The position numbers were made by a program, and so were the translations under genes. A stretch of 64,000 bases of DNA, taken from the IMG/VR virus record IMGVR_UViG_3300042558_003926, positions 186,001 through 250,000 of that record, one strand, 5' to 3'. Of this stretch, positions 29,343 through 38,766 are shown piece after piece (positions within the stretch are counted from its first letter, which is position 1; every line of letters starts with the position of its first letter). Under the pieces are notes generated by a model that had not been told where the DNA came from, did not search any database, and saw only the letters and a program-made list of their open reading frames with translations.

Positions 29343-30179
29343 ATGAACCTAAAACACATAAAGAAATACTCCATAAACGAATCCGAAGATGCTTTGAAAT
29401 CCGGTGGAATAACTTTAACCGATGACCAGATTGACTATCTAAACAGCGAAGGAGTAGATCTTGTGGTGAAGGTAAATAAAAATCTTAAGAAAAACGGTGG
29501 GCTTCCATGCATATCAAATAAAAAATGGGGGCAAAACTCCATATCTATTTCAATAGGTTTAAAAGAATTAGGTATATCAGAAAATATAGATAAGCTTGAA
29601 AAATATTCGGATAGCGATATAATCCCAAAATATCCTATCTCCGAAAATAATATGCAATTCCAATATTTTTTAGATCCTTCTCTAGCTTCGGGTAGTTATA
29701 AATTGAATAATTATAACTTCTCCCAGTACGGAGCTCAAACTATAAGGGTAGACATTAATTTTGAAACATTCGAAGATATCACAAGGATTATTAACGAATC
29801 GATTACTGAGATCTTTCAGGACTTCAAAAAGGTTAGAATTTTTGTCAATTGGAATTTGAAAAGACTCCCATCGATATCTTCGCATATAAAAAAAGAGGTG
29901 AAAGAGATTTACTGTAATCTGCTTGATCAATTTTTGGAAAATGGTAGGATAGAAGGAGACGACATAGACGAAAGCTTACATGCTATTCTCCTCGGTGATG
30001 CTTTAGAAAAAAATCAAGACGAGATCGAAAAATTTAATTCTCTACCCGAAGAAGCGAGAAAATCCCTTCTCTCCGGGTGGAGCCAAATACTTAAAAGCGA
30101 CGATCTAACGATATCTCTTAGAAAAATAGAAGCTCTTAAGAAATACATTAGCGTAAAAAAATCCTGGGATTTTATTTAG
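29343..30179 (+). CDS. Hypothetical protein with CTS-like tag
   Basis: MNLKHIKKYSINES; C-terminus RKIEALKKYISVKKSWDFI. Confidence 0.65.
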   Translation: MNLKHIKKYSINESEDALKSGGITLTDDQIDYLNSEGVDLVVKVNKNLKKNGGLPCISNKKWGQNSISISIGLKELGISENIDKLEKYSDSDIIPKYPISENNMQFQYFLDPSLASGSYKLNNYNFSQYGAQTIRVDINFETFEDITRIINESITEIFQDFKKVRIFVNWNLKRLPSISSHIKKEVKEIYCNLLDQFLENGRIEGDDIDESLHAILLGDALEKNQDEIEKFNSLPEEARKSLLSGWSQILKSDDLTISLRKIEALKKYISVKKSWDFI

Positions 30180-30223
30180 GGGGTTTGAACATGGATAAGG
30201 ACAAAAATTAGATAATAGGTAAG

Positions 30224-30478
30224 ATGGAACATATAGAACTGTACGAGAATTTCAGTAAGCCTGAAAAAAAAGAGTTTACTGATGCAGAGATCCAGTACTA
30301 CCAGAAGCTCTGGGACTGGTTACCCCAGAAGTATAGATTCAATCCTTTTTTCTCTAAGTTATGGAATCAGGTTAAGGATAAAAAGTACCTAACGAAAAAA
30401 CAATGGACCCAGCTAGAATATCTTCTTAAGAATGGCAAATCGCAATACGAAGCAGGAATTCTACCGTCTAATTATTGA
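30224..30478 (+). CDS. Small protein with CTS-like tag
   Basis: MEHIELYENF. Confidence 0.65.
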   Translation: MEHIELYENFSKPEKKEFTDAEIQYYQKLWDWLPQKYRFNPFFSKLWNQVKDKKYLTKKQWTQLEYLLKNGKSQYEAGILPSNY

Positions 30479-30481
30479 TCG

Positions 30482-30865
30482 ATGAAAAATATAGAACTAT
30501 ACGAATCTTTTGAGGAAGAAGATCCAAAGGAACTTTTAAATGATTTTATAAAAGAGATATGGCCGGATATAGAAAAGTACCTGGAGTCAGCGGGATTGGA
30601 GAGTGATTACGTTTGGATTGACGAGGAAGAATTCGCAATTGAATATTGGCCAACCAGCATGGATGGATCTGTACCTAACAGAATTTCCTATATAGTAGAC
30701 GATTTAAAAACCATTCTGGAGAAAGAAATGGGTACAGGTATATCGTGGAGATTTGCACCAAACGGGAACTGTCAAAGACTTATCTTTGTTCTGGATTCTC
30801 CTATAGAAACTGGGTCTGTCACGGACAAAATACTTAAGGTTAAAAAGGCTTTAAAGTTCACATAA
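30482..30865 (+). CDS. Hypothetical protein with CTS-like tag
   Basis: MKNIELYESF; C-terminus DKILKVKKALKFT. Confidence 0.65.
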   Translation: MKNIELYESFEEEDPKELLNDFIKEIWPDIEKYLESAGLESDYVWIDEEEFAIEYWPTSMDGSVPNRISYIVDDLKTILEKEMGTGISWRFAPNGNCQRLIFVLDSPIETGSVTDKILKVKKALKFT

Positions 30866-30896
30866 TTTTTATTTCCGGGATTTGTTATTATATTTA
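30866..30896 (+). promoter_or_regulatory. Putative early promoter (CCG-N11-TATATTTA)
   Basis: Motif copy. Confidence 0.6.
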
Positions 30897-30912
30897 CCTA
30901 AATTTTAAAACA

Positions 30913-31263
30913 ATGAAAGTAATCATAGCCGGAGGTAGAGACTTTATGGAATATGAACTTCTATATGAATCATGCAGAAGAATCTTTGAAAATCGTGAAA
31001 TAAGAGAAATTGTTAGTGGATGCGCTAAAGGGGCTGATAGGGTTGGAGAAAAATACGCTGAATTCAACAAGATACCGATTAAAAAATTTCCTGCAGAATG
31101 GGATAAGTATGGTAAATCAGCAGGTTACCGTAGAAACAAGGAAATGGCAGACTATGGTGACGTTCTAGTTGCTTTCTGGAATGGTGAGAGCAAAGGAACT
31201 AAGCACATGATAGATCTAGCAACGGCAAATAAATTAGAAGTACACGTAATAAAATACACATGA
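30913..31263 (+). CDS. SLOG-superfamily protein (DUF2493/YspA-like)
   Basis: VIIAGGRDF, IVSGCAKGAD, AGYRRNKEM, AFWNGESKGTKHMI. Confidence 0.85.
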   Translation: MKVIIAGGRDFMEYELLYESCRRIFENREIREIVSGCAKGADRVGEKYAEFNKIPIKKFPAEWDKYGKSAGYRRNKEMADYGDVLVAFWNGESKGTKHMIDLATANKLEVHVIKYT

Positions 31264-31478
31264 GCACATTTATTAAATTAACACACTCCGACGTACAAGG
31301 AGATCTTAGGATTAATCCTATTTTTATATCTGCAATGAATAGATTAGATGATAGAACTGAGGTCTATTGCATGGGGGTAGAATATGCTTGGGAGGTAAAG
31401 GAAACCCCCGAAGAAATTATAAAACTTTCAGAGACTAAGAAATATTTTACCACCTATAATAAACCAGGAAATGAGTAG
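31260..31478 (+). CDS. Small hypothetical protein (FlbD-like beta fold)
   Basis: FIKLT...INPIFI...EVKETPEEI. Confidence 0.5.
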   Translation: MSTFIKLTHSDVQGDLRINPIFISAMNRLDDRTEVYCMGVEYAWEVKETPEEIIKLSETKKYFTTYNKPGNE

Positions 31479-31716
31479 ATACGTTATAAAAAACCAGGAG
31501 ACCAATAGAACATTGACATATGGATGGGATCACGCTCTTGGGTACTTCTATGACATTACCGATTCGTCTAAAAATGAAGATGAGCCTGGATATCTGATAG
31601 AGGAAAAATGTTATTTTCTGAATCGGCTATCGCGAAACGATTTTGCTGAGGTACTTTTAGAATGGAAGGCTCCGGAAAAACATCTAACTTCTCTGAGCTT
31701 AGATCTGCCTTTTTAG
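31471..31716 (+). CDS. Hypothetical protein
   Basis: YGWDHALGYFYDI; overlapping starts and stops. Confidence 0.6.
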   Translation: MSRYVIKNQETNRTLTYGWDHALGYFYDITDSSKNEDEPGYLIEEKCYFLNRLSRNDFAEVLLEWKAPEKHLTSLSLDLPF

Positions 31717-32264
31717 GAGTATGTGATTCTCCCAGCAGCCCTGCTACCAAGTTCTTTTAAAACACTATCTACGAAATCTTCCCAATTTACATAGGATACC
31801 TCCGGGGTTCCATTTATTTCTGCAGTTACCCTAAATTCGTTATAGGTAAATTTTCCTCTTTCTACGGTCCAGCTTATAGTGCAATCCCCTGTGTATATCG
31901 ATTCAACAAAATCTCTCCCGTCATCATTGTTGCCTATCGCATCATATATCGCTTTTTCTATCTCGCTCGCCGTAAATAGAGGGGTTTCTTCAGAAGGATT
32001 TATATAGGCGAAAAGGTCATTCGATATCTGTTCATTGTCCATCTCTATATAGTAGTCGCTTGGATGATCGCTTAGTTCCGCAGTGATTTTTAGTTCTGTA
32101 TCATCCTCCGAATAATCTAATTCCGGACTATGATCATCCATGTTTATTATGAAATATGATTCAGCTTGACTCTTCAGAGACTCTAATCCTTCTTTAATGT
32201 CCATGATATTGAAATATTCATCATCGGACTCGTTAAGTTTTTTAAAACTTCTTATGTGCCTCAC
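31713..32264 (-). CDS. Acidic protein with CTS-like tag
   Basis: MRHIRSFKKLNES; GATATATAG at 32280-32288 on the minus strand. Confidence 0.65.
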   Translation of the reverse strand: MRHIRSFKKLNESDDEYFNIMDIKEGLESLKSQAESYFIINMDDHSPELDYSEDDTELKITAELSDHPSDYYIEMDNEQISNDLFAYINPSEETPLFTASEIEKAIYDAIGNNDDGRDFVESIYTGDCTISWTVERGKFTYNEFRVTAEINGTPEVSYVNWEDFVDSVLKELGSRAAGRITYS

Positions 32265-32299
32265 TTGTAGATTTTTTCTCTATATATCGATAGATTATC

Positions 32300-32878
32300 C
32301 TAGAGCTTTACTAAAAGATCCTTCATCACATAAGCATCCCTATCCTGTATAGGGATATGACTTAAATCGACATATGGAATCTTTTCAAGTTCTAGATAAT
32401 TCTTGATAATCGAATCAAGTTTTATGATCTCTGCCTTATTGTGATATCTGATACCATCCTGCTCATCCTCTTCAAGAAAGGGTGGTACGTAGTATATCTT
32501 GTGCCACTGATTGAGAGATTTCAGAATCTCCTTCTGGATATGATTTATCGTTGCTATGTCTTTCTGCGATAGAGTTGAATTGAATCTGGATCTAAAATAG
32601 AAATAGTTTAGGATTGAGCTCGAGTCGCATATGATCCAATCTTTACTACCATCGTACATTCTTTCTCTTCCTAGCTGCTTATAAAAGATAACTATTTGGT
32701 CAACAGGGGTATCCGGAATTCCCCACTCGGCTATATAATCAGTAGCTGCTTCTCCGACAAAGATCGAATTCTGTTTTCTTATTTTTAATCCATGATGCAC
32801 AGAAGCTGCCAGTGTGCTTTTCCCTGATGATGGAGCTCCTATTATAGAAACCAATTTAGACTTTATCTCACCTTTCAT
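32300..32878 (-). CDS. NadR-like/AAA_28 P-loop kinase
   Basis: IGAPSSGKSTL, IICDSS, EQDGIRY. Confidence 0.75.
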   Translation of the reverse strand: MKGEIKSKLVSIIGAPSSGKSTLAASVHHGLKIRKQNSIFVGEAATDYIAEWGIPDTPVDQIVIFYKQLGRERMYDGSKDWIICDSSSILNYFYFRSRFNSTLSQKDIATINHIQKEILKSLNQWHKIYYVPPFLEEDEQDGIRYHNKAEIIKLDSIIKNYLELEKIPYVDLSHIPIQDRDAYVMKDLLVKL

Positions 32879-32957
32879 TACCTCAAATTTAATTTTTATA
32901 TCGTAAAAGACATCTATTATTTCAGATCATTTAAAAAATATAATAATCTGATTTATC

Positions 32958-32988
32958 TTTTTTATCCCGTAACGTTGTTGTAAATTAG
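32958..32988 (+). promoter_or_regulatory. Putative early promoter (CCCG-N11-TAAATTAG)
   Basis: Motif copy. Confidence 0.55.
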
Positions 32989-33005
32989 CTCTTAAATATA
33001 AGGAC

Positions 33006-33758
33006 ATGAACAAGATATTAGAATCATTAGCACCATTCTGCCAAGAAAAAAACGCAGGAAATGCTACATTAAATACTGAAGAGCCAACTCCACGAGTAAA
33101 GTTTCTATTGTCTTTGTTAGATGGACTTGAGATTCCCTACGAGTTAGATAGTTTCCTAGCTAGAGAAACAACATACCATAATATCATTCTTCGTGGAACT
33201 AGTAATAGAATGGTAATAGCTCATCATGATATAGTGAACCCAGATTCGGATAATGCTAACGATAACTCAGCATCTGTAATAAATGCAATCTACTTAAAAT
33301 CCTTAGTCCCTGATCTTAATGTTGTTCTTACAGATGGTGAGGAAGTTGGATTTATTGGTGCTAATCATTTAGCTAAACAAATCCTCTGTGGGGATTTTGG
33401 TGATATTGAATGGGTTCTTAATATAGAGCTAAGTGGTAAGGGGGGTAAGAACTTTATGATCGGGGCACATTCAGGGAAACTAACAGAGCACATTCTTGGT
33501 ATATTCGATGCACCTGTAGTTCAAACTCCTCCCAGTGACTGTTATGCTATTTCCAGGTATGGAATCGATACCAATGTCATCAATCCTCTTCCGATGCTAT
33601 TAGAAGGAGAGTCTGGTATTAAGCAAGGAGATTCTTTCCTAGATAATTCTTCTTGGTATTTATGTCATAGCAAAGGTGATTCATTGGATAAAATCTCTCT
33701 TAAGGATATGAACGAATTCGTGACTGAAGTTCTATATCCGATCGTAACACATAGATAA
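33006..33758 (+). CDS. M28-family metallopeptidase
   Basis: IAHHD, ANDNSASV, TDGEEVGFIGA, LNIEL, terminal H. Confidence 0.8.
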   Translation: MNKILESLAPFCQEKNAGNATLNTEEPTPRVKFLLSLLDGLEIPYELDSFLARETTYHNIILRGTSNRMVIAHHDIVNPDSDNANDNSASVINAIYLKSLVPDLNVVLTDGEEVGFIGANHLAKQILCGDFGDIEWVLNIELSGKGGKNFMIGAHSGKLTEHILGIFDAPVVQTPPSDCYAISRYGIDTNVINPLPMLLEGESGIKQGDSFLDNSSWYLCHSKGDSLDKISLKDMNEFVTEVLYPIVTHR

Positions 33759-33776
33759 GGTTGGATATATAAGTAC

Positions 33777-33959
33777 ATGATACTTAAATTCCAAGAATTT
33801 ATCACCGAGTCCAAAAAAGAGGACAAAAAAATCACAAAATCCAAATCGAAGAAGTCCACAAATTGCAATGAATGTGGACAGAAAATTAGAGAGTGTTCCT
33901 GTCAGGATTATGGTGGAGGGTATCTAGGGCCAGAGATGCCATCAAATTTACTTTACTAA
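33777..33959 (+). CDS. Small Cys-containing protein with CTS-like tag
   Basis: MILKFQEFITES; CNEC...CSC; GATATATA at 33764-33771. Confidence 0.6.
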   Translation: MILKFQEFITESKKEDKKITKSKSKKSTNCNECGQKIRECSCQDYGGGYLGPEMPSNLLY

Positions 33960-33961
33960 TT

Positions 33962-34162
33962 ATGATTAAAGCTTTTGTTATTAAATCCCAGACCATTAAG
34001 GAGGCTAAAGAGGTTTGGGGGGAATCCATATTGAATGATGTTTTCTCCATTACTCGAAAGGTTAAGCCAAATGAAGCTCTAGAAATTCTAAAAAACGAGA
34101 ATAAATCTAAGCATTCCGACTGTTTACGATATATTTTTAGCGAAATGCTGATTAATAGGTGA
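33962..34162 (+). CDS. Hypothetical protein
   Basis: ATG at 33962 avoids overlap with the upstream gene. Confidence 0.5.
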   Translation: MIKAFVIKSQTIKEAKEVWGESILNDVFSITRKVKPNEALEILKNENKSKHSDCLRYIFSEMLINR

Positions 34163-34236
34163 AACCATTTATTCTTTCTGATATAGAACACTAGCAACAT
34201 TTAGGAGGTTCTCTAAAAATGTTTGTTTTGGTTTAG

Positions 34237-34264
34237 AATCAGGGAACACGGTTCCCTGATTTTT
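34237..34264 (+). terminator. Intrinsic terminator
   Basis: AATCAGGGAAC-ACG-GTTCCCTGATT then a T-run. Confidence 0.8.
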
Positions 34265-34290
34265 ACTTCTAAGTAAATATATAACGGACT

Positions 34291-34497
34291 ATGAGCAACT
34301 CCGAATTTCTAGAAGAAATCCTTTTTGAAGGCCACAAATTGGGAATTATAGATCCATTAATGAATGAGGCTAAAATAGAAATAGATAAGGGTGTACATGC
34401 TCATCCCTGTGATGCTTACCTCTCAGCATTAGTTAGACTCATAAGGGAAATGGACATTAAGGAATCCTCTTTTTATTCCCTATCCCTGGTATCCTAA
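34291..34497 (+). CDS. Hypothetical protein
   Basis: AATATATA at 34276-34283 upstream. Confidence 0.55.
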   Translation: MSNSEFLEEILFEGHKLGIIDPLMNEAKIEIDKGVHAHPCDAYLSALVRLIREMDIKESSFYSLSLVS

Positions 34498-34546
34498 TAG
34501 GTTTATCCGAAAGCCAAAAATATAAGCCAGAAAAAAGTAATGGAAA

Positions 34547-34850
34547 TTACTCCTTCCATTTCCATTTACATCCTAATCTCGTTTTTTCTGGATGATTGAT
34601 ACCTGTAAATAAGCTGCCACAACTAGCATTATAGAATTTGGCAGCCTCTGATAAACTGTTCCATTCTCTAATAAAATTCATATTTAAATCCATCTGGATT
34701 AGGATTTTTGCTCTAGTTCTGTGGTTTCTTTCCTTTCCCTTCTGTGATTTACTCATTTTTTCCCTAGATTCTTGAGTATGAGATTTTCCTAACCATGATA
34801 TTTTTTTCTTATGCTCTTCTGTAAACTTCCTGCATTTATTAATGCTAACT
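34547..34850 (-). pseudogene. Homing-endonuclease remnant (NUMOD3 plus NUMOD1-like DNA-binding modules, no nuclease domain)
   Basis: Frame reads FTEEHKKKISWLGKSHTQESREKMSKSQKGK...IQMDLNMNFIREWNSLSEAAK...GCKWKW; an in-frame TAA lies just upstream and there is no catalytic domain. Confidence 0.65.
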
Positions 34851-34860
34851 AATTCTCCAT

Positions 34861-35076
34861 TTAGATATCTTTATTAGGGGTGTTATTTTTTACATTGATA
34901 CCCATAAAAAAATATAATCCAAAAAATAGGAGAGATGTGAAATAGAAGATTAAATCGGTTGCCCAATATGACCCTGTCCACTTCATCACAAGAGCGAATA
35001 AAGCGTCGAATCCTAGTGGATTGAAAAACGTTGCTAGGATCAGGGCAACTGTCTGGATCTTTTTTCTGTGATTCAT
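34861..35076 (-). CDS. Small membrane protein
   Basis: LILATFFNPLGFDALFALVMKWTGSYW; start uncertain (35076 or 35118). Confidence 0.6.
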   Translation of the reverse strand: MNHRKKIQTVALILATFFNPLGFDALFALVMKWTGSYWATDLIFYFTSLLFFGLYFFMGINVKNNTPNKDI

Positions 35077-35237
35077 TATCCTTATGCTCAGGGTCCATAG
35101 TGGAAAATTTTTGCACAATTTTTATTCATAGTGGAAAAAAATTGAGGGATTCGAGTTATCCGATTGTATATATTGGAAAATTTTTAATTTTGCCGAAATA
35201 TTTTGAATGACACTCATATAAATTAAAAATAATAATT

Positions 35238-35546
35238 ATGGCAAATTTTGAAGCATGGGTAGATGTTGATCCAGATGATTACTGGAGAGAAATGTCTAAA
35301 AGGGAAAAGAAGGAAATGATCGGTATACTTGTGGAAGAGGCATCAGAAGATAATGATCTCATGGATTCACTAAAAGAAAACTTAAGCGAATATTCTAAAG
35401 GAAAAGCCGCATTAATATTTAGCTCGGATGCCTCTTATGATCAGATAGATTTTGAGAAGTCTCTTGTTGCTCTACAGGGAGCTTATTATAGTTTATCCAA
35501 GGAAAAGATCGACCAGATAAACGAGATTGCTAAGTTATACAAATAA
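35238..35546 (+). CDS. Hypothetical protein
   Basis: Acidic 102-aa ORF. Confidence 0.6.
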   Translation: MANFEAWVDVDPDDYWREMSKREKKEMIGILVEEASEDNDLMDSLKENLSEYSKGKAALIFSSDASYDQIDFEKSLVALQGAYYSLSKEKIDQINEIAKLYK

Positions 35547-35547
35547 A

Positions 35548-35955
35548 ATGGAGTTACTAAACACACATCCAATTAAGAAGTCTGATTTGGGTTTCCATGG
35601 GAATCTATTTGGAGGAAAACTATTGGCTTGGATCGATGCAGCTGCAGCTGGTTATTCGATGCAGCTATGTGATACGCCAAGAATGGTAACTGTACAGATA
35701 GACAAGTGCAATTTTGAAAAACCAGCAAGAGAAGGACAGCTACTTAAAATATATGGTTATCCGACAGGAGTTGGTAACAGTTCTATTACTTTAATTATGG
35801 AGGCTAGAGCTCATAATGTTTATACTGGTAAGCAAATATTAGTTCTTAGAACACACATTAAATTTGTTCATATAGATGAGGAGGGACATCCGATACCTAT
35901 CGGTGAGAAGGGGAAAAATAGAATCAACGATCTTATCGCTGATTTATCAAAATAA
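35548..35955 (+). CDS. Acyl-CoA thioesterase (hotdog fold)
   Basis: DLGFHGNLFGGKLLAWIDAAA, MVTVQID..NFEKP, GNSSI. Confidence 0.88.
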   Translation: MELLNTHPIKKSDLGFHGNLFGGKLLAWIDAAAAGYSMQLCDTPRMVTVQIDKCNFEKPAREGQLLKIYGYPTGVGNSSITLIMEARAHNVYTGKQILVLRTHIKFVHIDEEGHPIPIGEKGKNRINDLIADLSK

Positions 35956-35968
35956 ATTTTTCAAATTA

Positions 35969-36000
35969 TTTTTTTCCCCCGTAATCCTTTAATATATTTG
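35969..36000 (+). promoter_or_regulatory. Putative early promoter (CCCCCG-N11-TATATTTG)
   Basis: Motif copy. Confidence 0.7.
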
Positions 36001-36024
36001 AGTATAATTTAAAAAACATTATTT

Positions 36025-36462
36025 ATGGCTTACGAAAAAAAACCAGTTAACACAGCCGCTCCTTCTAACAATAAGGCGTGGACAAAAGATGATCTAAACA
36101 TCCTACAGTCTTTGGCTGCAAAGGGTGCTTCAACCGTAGAGATCGCTAAGATCTTAGGAAGAACTAAAGCTTCTATATGGTGCAGAAAAAGCTCCATGGG
36201 CATTGATAGAAGATTGGCTTCCTCTAAAGGGAAGGGAATCGTTGCTCCGACTACAGTTAGCACCAAGATGCGAGGAGGTAAAAAGAAATTAAAAATCGAA
36301 ACTCCTAAAATGGAAACTCAGAAAAATGAAACTAAGATGAGTCTCCCTAAGGCAAATCCAGCACCACAGACCACTGTATATGCTAACGCAGTTCAAGGTC
36401 TAATGGATCTTAAGAAGTTAGCTAAGGTAACCGGAGCTAAAATTGTCATCACACTGGAGTAA
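36025..36462 (+). CDS. Basic HTH/Myb-like DNA-binding protein
   Basis: WTKDDLNIL...STVEIAKILGRTKASIW. Confidence 0.65.
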   Translation: MAYEKKPVNTAAPSNNKAWTKDDLNILQSLAAKGASTVEIAKILGRTKASIWCRKSSMGIDRRLASSKGKGIVAPTTVSTKMRGGKKKLKIETPKMETQKNETKMSLPKANPAPQTTVYANAVQGLMDLKKLAKVTGAKIVITLE

Positions 36463-36482
36463 TTAAACTCTTATACCGAAAT

Positions 36483-36515
36483 AAAATCCCTGTCTCTAAT
36501 AGGCAGGGATTTTTT
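36483..36515 (+). terminator. Intrinsic terminator
   Basis: AAAATCCCTGTCT-loop-AGGCAGGGATTTT. Confidence 0.8.
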
Positions 36516-36517
36516 GT

Positions 36518-36526
36518 GATATATAG
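36518..36526 (+). promoter_or_regulatory. Putative late promoter GATATATAG
   Basis: Precedes three tagged enzymes. Confidence 0.55.
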
Positions 36527-36530
36527 ATTC

Positions 36531-37016
36531 ATGAGGTATATCCAGCTATTCGAATCATACACAGCAACTAATGCCGACTATAGTGCTATGGTATTCAACG
36601 TTCCTAATTTCAAGGAGGATTTTGAAAAATTAGCTGAGGCATTTCTCAGAGATTTGGGAAAGGATTATGATCTTAGAAAGGGAGAGAAATTCGATCCAAA
36701 GATAGGGAACTGTGCATGGTACTCCAAGAAGTTCTTCGAGTGGTGTGAGAATCAGAGACTGCCGATTAAACTTATCTACTTCGACGAAACAAAGAAGAAC
36801 AAGGAGGCTCATATAGCTCCTTATTTGGAAGGATGGGTTATAGATTTTACATATAAGCAATTCTCCGATAACTCCAAACAATCTTTTAGAGTTGGTAAGC
36901 CAGAGGATTATGAAAAGTTAGGGTATGTTCTTAGTCCAGAAAACATCTACGAGGAATTCCCTAATTGGATAGAGACGATATATAGTTTGAAAAAAAAGGA
37001 AGATGAGGTACATTAA
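36531..37016 (+). CDS. Papain/transglutaminase-like protein with CTS-like tag
   Basis: MRYIQLFESY; candidate triad GNC(AW)...AH(IAP)...ID(FT). Confidence 0.55.
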   Translation: MRYIQLFESYTATNADYSAMVFNVPNFKEDFEKLAEAFLRDLGKDYDLRKGEKFDPKIGNCAWYSKKFFEWCENQRLPIKLIYFDETKKNKEAHIAPYLEGWVIDFTYKQFSDNSKQSFRVGKPEDYEKLGYVLSPENIYEEFPNWIETIYSLKKKEDEVH

Positions 37017-37821
37017 GCTATTTGAATATTTCTCTCCTGGAGATGGCAATAAGCTAAAGCATTTTATATTGGATGGTGCATCTTCCGCAGGTAAAAGCTC
37101 AGCTTTGGTTAATCTAGATTCATCTTGGTGTGTATTAGCGGTAGACTCTTTTTACAATGTTATGTTTGAAGAATTGGGAATGGAAGATTTTGGTAATAGG
37201 GGAAAGCCAACTATTTCAGAGATCTATCCAGGATGTCCATATAAGTATACTAGTCCAGAGGATTATCCTAATTACGATAAGGCTGCTAGATGGTATATGG
37301 CACAAGAAGCTATGTATGGTAAGATTTTTGAAACAGGTCTAAAAGATGCTTCGGGAAATCTATTCGGTAAGCCACACGATAAGAATAAGGTGATATATGA
37401 TGATGTTGAGGGGAGGGTGATCGATATGTTTAATAAGGCGGATAAACCAAAATGGTTACTTATTCATGCTCCCATAGATCACACTATTAAGAATGTTCAG
37501 AGAAGGGGAGACAGACCTTTGGATGGTGTTCTTAAGAATTCCTACTGTTTTAAGTATTATGCAAAACCTATTCGAGGTGGTGTTGACCCAGATAAGTCAT
37601 GGACTGCCGATGAGATAAGATCTTTACTACCGAAAGAAGAATGGGTAGAAGTATTTCTAACGGATCTCGGTATATCGGATGAGAATAGAGAATATTGGAT
37701 TTACCCTAAACCACAGCCTCAGGGTGAATATGACGTGATTATTAACACAAGAGACAGTAAAGGAAATCAAAAGTCGATAGAGCAAATTGCAAAAGAGGCT
37801 AAAATAAAATTTGAACAGTGA
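37003..37821 (+). CDS. P-loop small-molecule kinase (chloramphenicol phosphotransferase-like) with CTS-like tag
   Basis: MRYIKLFEYF; DGASSAGKSS, LAVDSF, VIYDDV, YDVIINT. Confidence 0.7.
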   Translation: MRYIKLFEYFSPGDGNKLKHFILDGASSAGKSSALVNLDSSWCVLAVDSFYNVMFEELGMEDFGNRGKPTISEIYPGCPYKYTSPEDYPNYDKAARWYMAQEAMYGKIFETGLKDASGNLFGKPHDKNKVIYDDVEGRVIDMFNKADKPKWLLIHAPIDHTIKNVQRRGDRPLDGVLKNSYCFKYYAKPIRGGVDPDKSWTADEIRSLLPKEEWVEVFLTDLGISDENREYWIYPKPQPQGEYDVIINTRDSKGNQKSIEQIAKEAKIKFEQ

Positions 37822-38633
37822 GATACATTAAATTATTTGAATATTTTCAAAAAACCAGACAGACATCGGATATCACTCTAGCGTGGTCTACGAGAAGACT
37901 AAATCCTCTGGACATTGGGGTATGGAAAGGAAAGGGCATAGAACCCAATAGAAAAGTCTATAAGAAAGGAACGATGGACGGAATACCGTATTCTAGTAGA
38001 ACCATGTTTACATTCCCGAATGACGGAACCCTTTTAGAAAATATCAAATACATCTCAGGAGGAATAACAAGAAAAGATGTTGCTGAATTGGTTGATTATG
38101 GGATTTCTTTGCTCCCTAGTAAAATGGAGCTGGAGAATTATGATGTTGTTCTTATACCGGATAGCAGATCTAGGTTATTGGTTGAAATGGTTGATGCTCT
38201 TTTAGACATAGCTCCATCATATTCATCACATAAAAAGGAATGGAAGCCAAATGTAATAAGCAGAGCTTTTAGTAAAAGAAACTGTAACGAGGTAGAGTGG
38301 GATATGGATAAATTGAATAGGGTAAACTCTCAGGACACGAGAAATCAAGTACTGAGGATTATAGAAAAAGTAAGGGGAAGAACTGAGCCCTTTAGATTAT
38401 CCGATCATTTACAATATCCGCCACATAGAAAATTTGTAGCCAGATTCATGGATATAAGCCCGATAGCTCAAGAGGATGTCAGAGGTAAAAGAGTCTTAAT
38501 CGTTGATGACTTTGTTACAGACGGAACAACTAAAAGACAGATGAGGGATCTAGTTTTACCCTTTGGTCCTAGAGAGGTTACTAACTTGGCTCTATTTAAT
38601 ATCAAGGGAGCGAGAGACTCCGACGAGGCTTAG
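37818..38633 (+). CDS. Type I phosphoribosyltransferase-domain protein with CTS-like tag
   Basis: MRYIKLFEYF; GKRVLIVDDFVTDGTT (PRPP-binding loop). Confidence 0.8.
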   Translation: MRYIKLFEYFQKTRQTSDITLAWSTRRLNPLDIGVWKGKGIEPNRKVYKKGTMDGIPYSSRTMFTFPNDGTLLENIKYISGGITRKDVAELVDYGISLLPSKMELENYDVVLIPDSRSRLLVEMVDALLDIAPSYSSHKKEWKPNVISRAFSKRNCNEVEWDMDKLNRVNSQDTRNQVLRIIEKVRGRTEPFRLSDHLQYPPHRKFVARFMDISPIAQEDVRGKRVLIVDDFVTDGTTKRQMRDLVLPFGPREVTNLALFNIKGARDSDEA

Positions 38634-38720
38634 TATTTATTAATTTTAAAGCACTTTAAAGAGCTTTATTAGAGAAGCTAAGTTATCCGATAGATTTATC
38701 TAAATAATGTCTTATAACAC

Positions 38721-38747
38721 AAAAAAAGGAGCTAAAAAGCTCCTTTT
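38721..38747. terminator. Bidirectional intrinsic terminator
   Basis: A-run GGAGCT-AAAA-AGCTCC TTTT between convergent genes. Confidence 0.7.
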
Positions 38748-38766
38748 ATTATTTATTTTGATAGTC

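Noticed and set aside
34547-34850. Active homing endonuclease or group I intron
   Set aside because: Only the DNA-binding modules remain, there is an upstream in-frame stop, and no interrupted host gene or intron core is visible.
35181-35215. Additional early promoter copy (TTTTGCCG)
   Set aside because: There is no TAnnTT element at the 11-nt spacing.
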